From positions 10,614 to 74,613 of the forward strand of contig DATLQU010000035.1 in the NCBI GenBank assembly GCA_035535015.1: DNA of 64,000 nucleotides, given 5' to 3'. The stretch comes from Acidimicrobiales bacterium. Lineage in GTDB: Bacteria > Actinomycetota > Acidimicrobiia > Acidimicrobiales > UBA8190. The translations under genes and the position numbers were made by a program. The stretch's first letter is position 1, and each line of letters starts with the position of its first letter. Below the pieces are notes generated by a model. That model was not told where the DNA came from. It made no database searches and was given only the letters and a program-made list of their open reading frames with translations. Positions 63,144 through 64,000 of this stretch are shown here, piece by piece.

Positions 63144-64000
63144 TGGCCGACCCGCCGGCCGACGCGCCGCCACCGGCTCAGAGCGAGCAGGGCGTCTCGG
63201 CCGTTCACCCGACGGCGCTGCCCGGTGGTGTCTTTCCGGGCCCCGGAGCCCCGCGCCGGCGCTGGACCCGATCCCGCCACCTGAACGCCCGCTGGCGCCG
63301 GCCCCGGACCGCCTTCGTCTTCGCCGGTGGCGGGGCCCGCGGGGCCGCCCAGATCGGCATGCTCCAGGCTCTTTTGGAGCGGGGCATCTCGGCCGACGAC
63401 GTCTACGGCGCCTCCGTCGGGGCCATCAACGCCGCCGGCTTCGCCGGTGACCCCACCCCGGCCGGCATCGAGCGGATGGCCGAACTCTGGCGCCAGGTCA
63501 CCCGCGACGACATCTTCCCCCAGGGCCGGATCCCCGGCCCCTGGCGATTCCTGCAACAGCGCGAGGCCGTCCACTCGAACGAGGGCATCCGGCGGGTCAT
63601 CGAGAACGGCCTCACCTTCGAGCGGATCGAGAACGCCGCTGTCCATCTGGAGGTGGTGGCCACCTCGCTCACCGACGGCCGCACCCAGTGGTTCACCTAC
63701 GGCCCGGCGGCCGAAGCCATCCTGGCCTCCGCCGCCCTGCCCTCGCTGCTCCCGCCCGTCGAGATCGGCCGCGAGTCCTTCATCGACGGCGGCGTGGTCG
63801 ACAACGTCCCCATCGGCCGGGCCATCGTCCAGGGAGCCGAGCGCATCTTCGTCCTCCTCTGCGGTCCCCTCCGCTACACCCCCCACCGCTACCGTCGGCC
63901 GGTCGAAGCGGTCCTCACCGCCTTCTTCATCGCCGTCCACGCCAAGTTCGCCCGCGAACTCGAACGCCTGCCGGCGGGGGTGGAGGTCATCGTCTTCTCC
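63143..64000 (+). CDS. Patatin-like phospholipase (3' end outside the window)
   Basis: Own translation; absent from the track because it is open-ended. FVFAGGGARGAAQIGML (oxyanion GGGxRG), YGASVGAINA (GxSxG) and FIDGGVVDNVP (DGG). Confidence 0.85.
   Translation, partial: MADPPADAPPPAQSEQGVSAVHPTALPGGVFPGPGAPRRRWTRSRHLNARWRRPRTAFVFAGGGARGAAQIGMLQALLERGISADDVYGASVGAINAAGFAGDPTPAGIERMAELWRQVTRDDIFPQGRIPGPWRFLQQREAVHSNEGIRRVIENGLTFERIENAAVHLEVVATSLTDGRTQWFTYGPAAEAILASAALPSLLPPVEIGRESFIDGGVVDNVPIGRAIVQGAERIFVLLCGPLRYTPHRYRRPVEAVLTAFFIAVHAKFARELERLPAGVEVIVFS

Noticed and set aside
62961-64000. Patatin plus small TM protein as a possible defence or effector module linked to the nuclease pair.
   Set aside because: The nuclease pair is on the opposite strand, separated by a divergent promoter region. 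The patatin gene is truncated by the window end, so its context cannot be judged.

Overview
This is a 64-kb, very high-GC chromosomal window with an actinobacterial character: Tat signal peptides, a mycothiol-type DinB gene remnant, LigC/Prim-Pol genes, and many GTG starts with 4-nt overlaps between genes. All calls come from reading the supplied ORF translations and my own hand translation. No homology search was run, so product names are motif-based.

Most of the window is ordinary metabolic, transport and regulatory genes:
- pstC (partial) and a CapD/WbpM-like sugar dehydratase
- NUDIX and CYTH-CHAD genes
- sulfatase, GNAT and amidase
- larC-larB, pheA and tRNA-Ser
- phosphoesterase, and MarR, TetR and LysR regulators
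- HtrA protease
- a GH78 rhamnosidase plus NHL-repeat protein pair
- a class III cyclase
- a complete kdpFABC operon
- a PAS-GGDEF-EAL protein plus receiver
- a patatin gene (partial)

The parts that deserve a second look are:
1. An orphan three-gene type-IV-pilin-like operon (30006-34788). Its first gene is a roughly 820-aa modular prepilin carrying Ig-like and carboxypeptidase-regulatory-like modules. No assembly genes are visible in the window.
2. A disaggregated DNA-end-processing island (57000-62812). It contains a LigC-like ligase, a HAD phosphatase, a Prim-Pol, an HhH-PHP protein, and a translationally coupled pair made of a Cas4-like Fe-S nuclease and a catalytically degenerate paralog.
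3. A non-canonical kdp locus: two tandem micro-ORFs, an OB-fold gene coupled to kdpC, and a kinase-less KdpD.
4. A ParA ATPase with a zinc-ribbon partner.
5. A cluster of decayed genes downstream of tRNA-Ser (24.8-26.0 kb), plus an HD-GYP remnant at 15.3-15.8 kb.
6. Several tandem or inverted repeats in unusually long spacers.

I saw no CRISPR array, integrase, transposase or rRNA gene.
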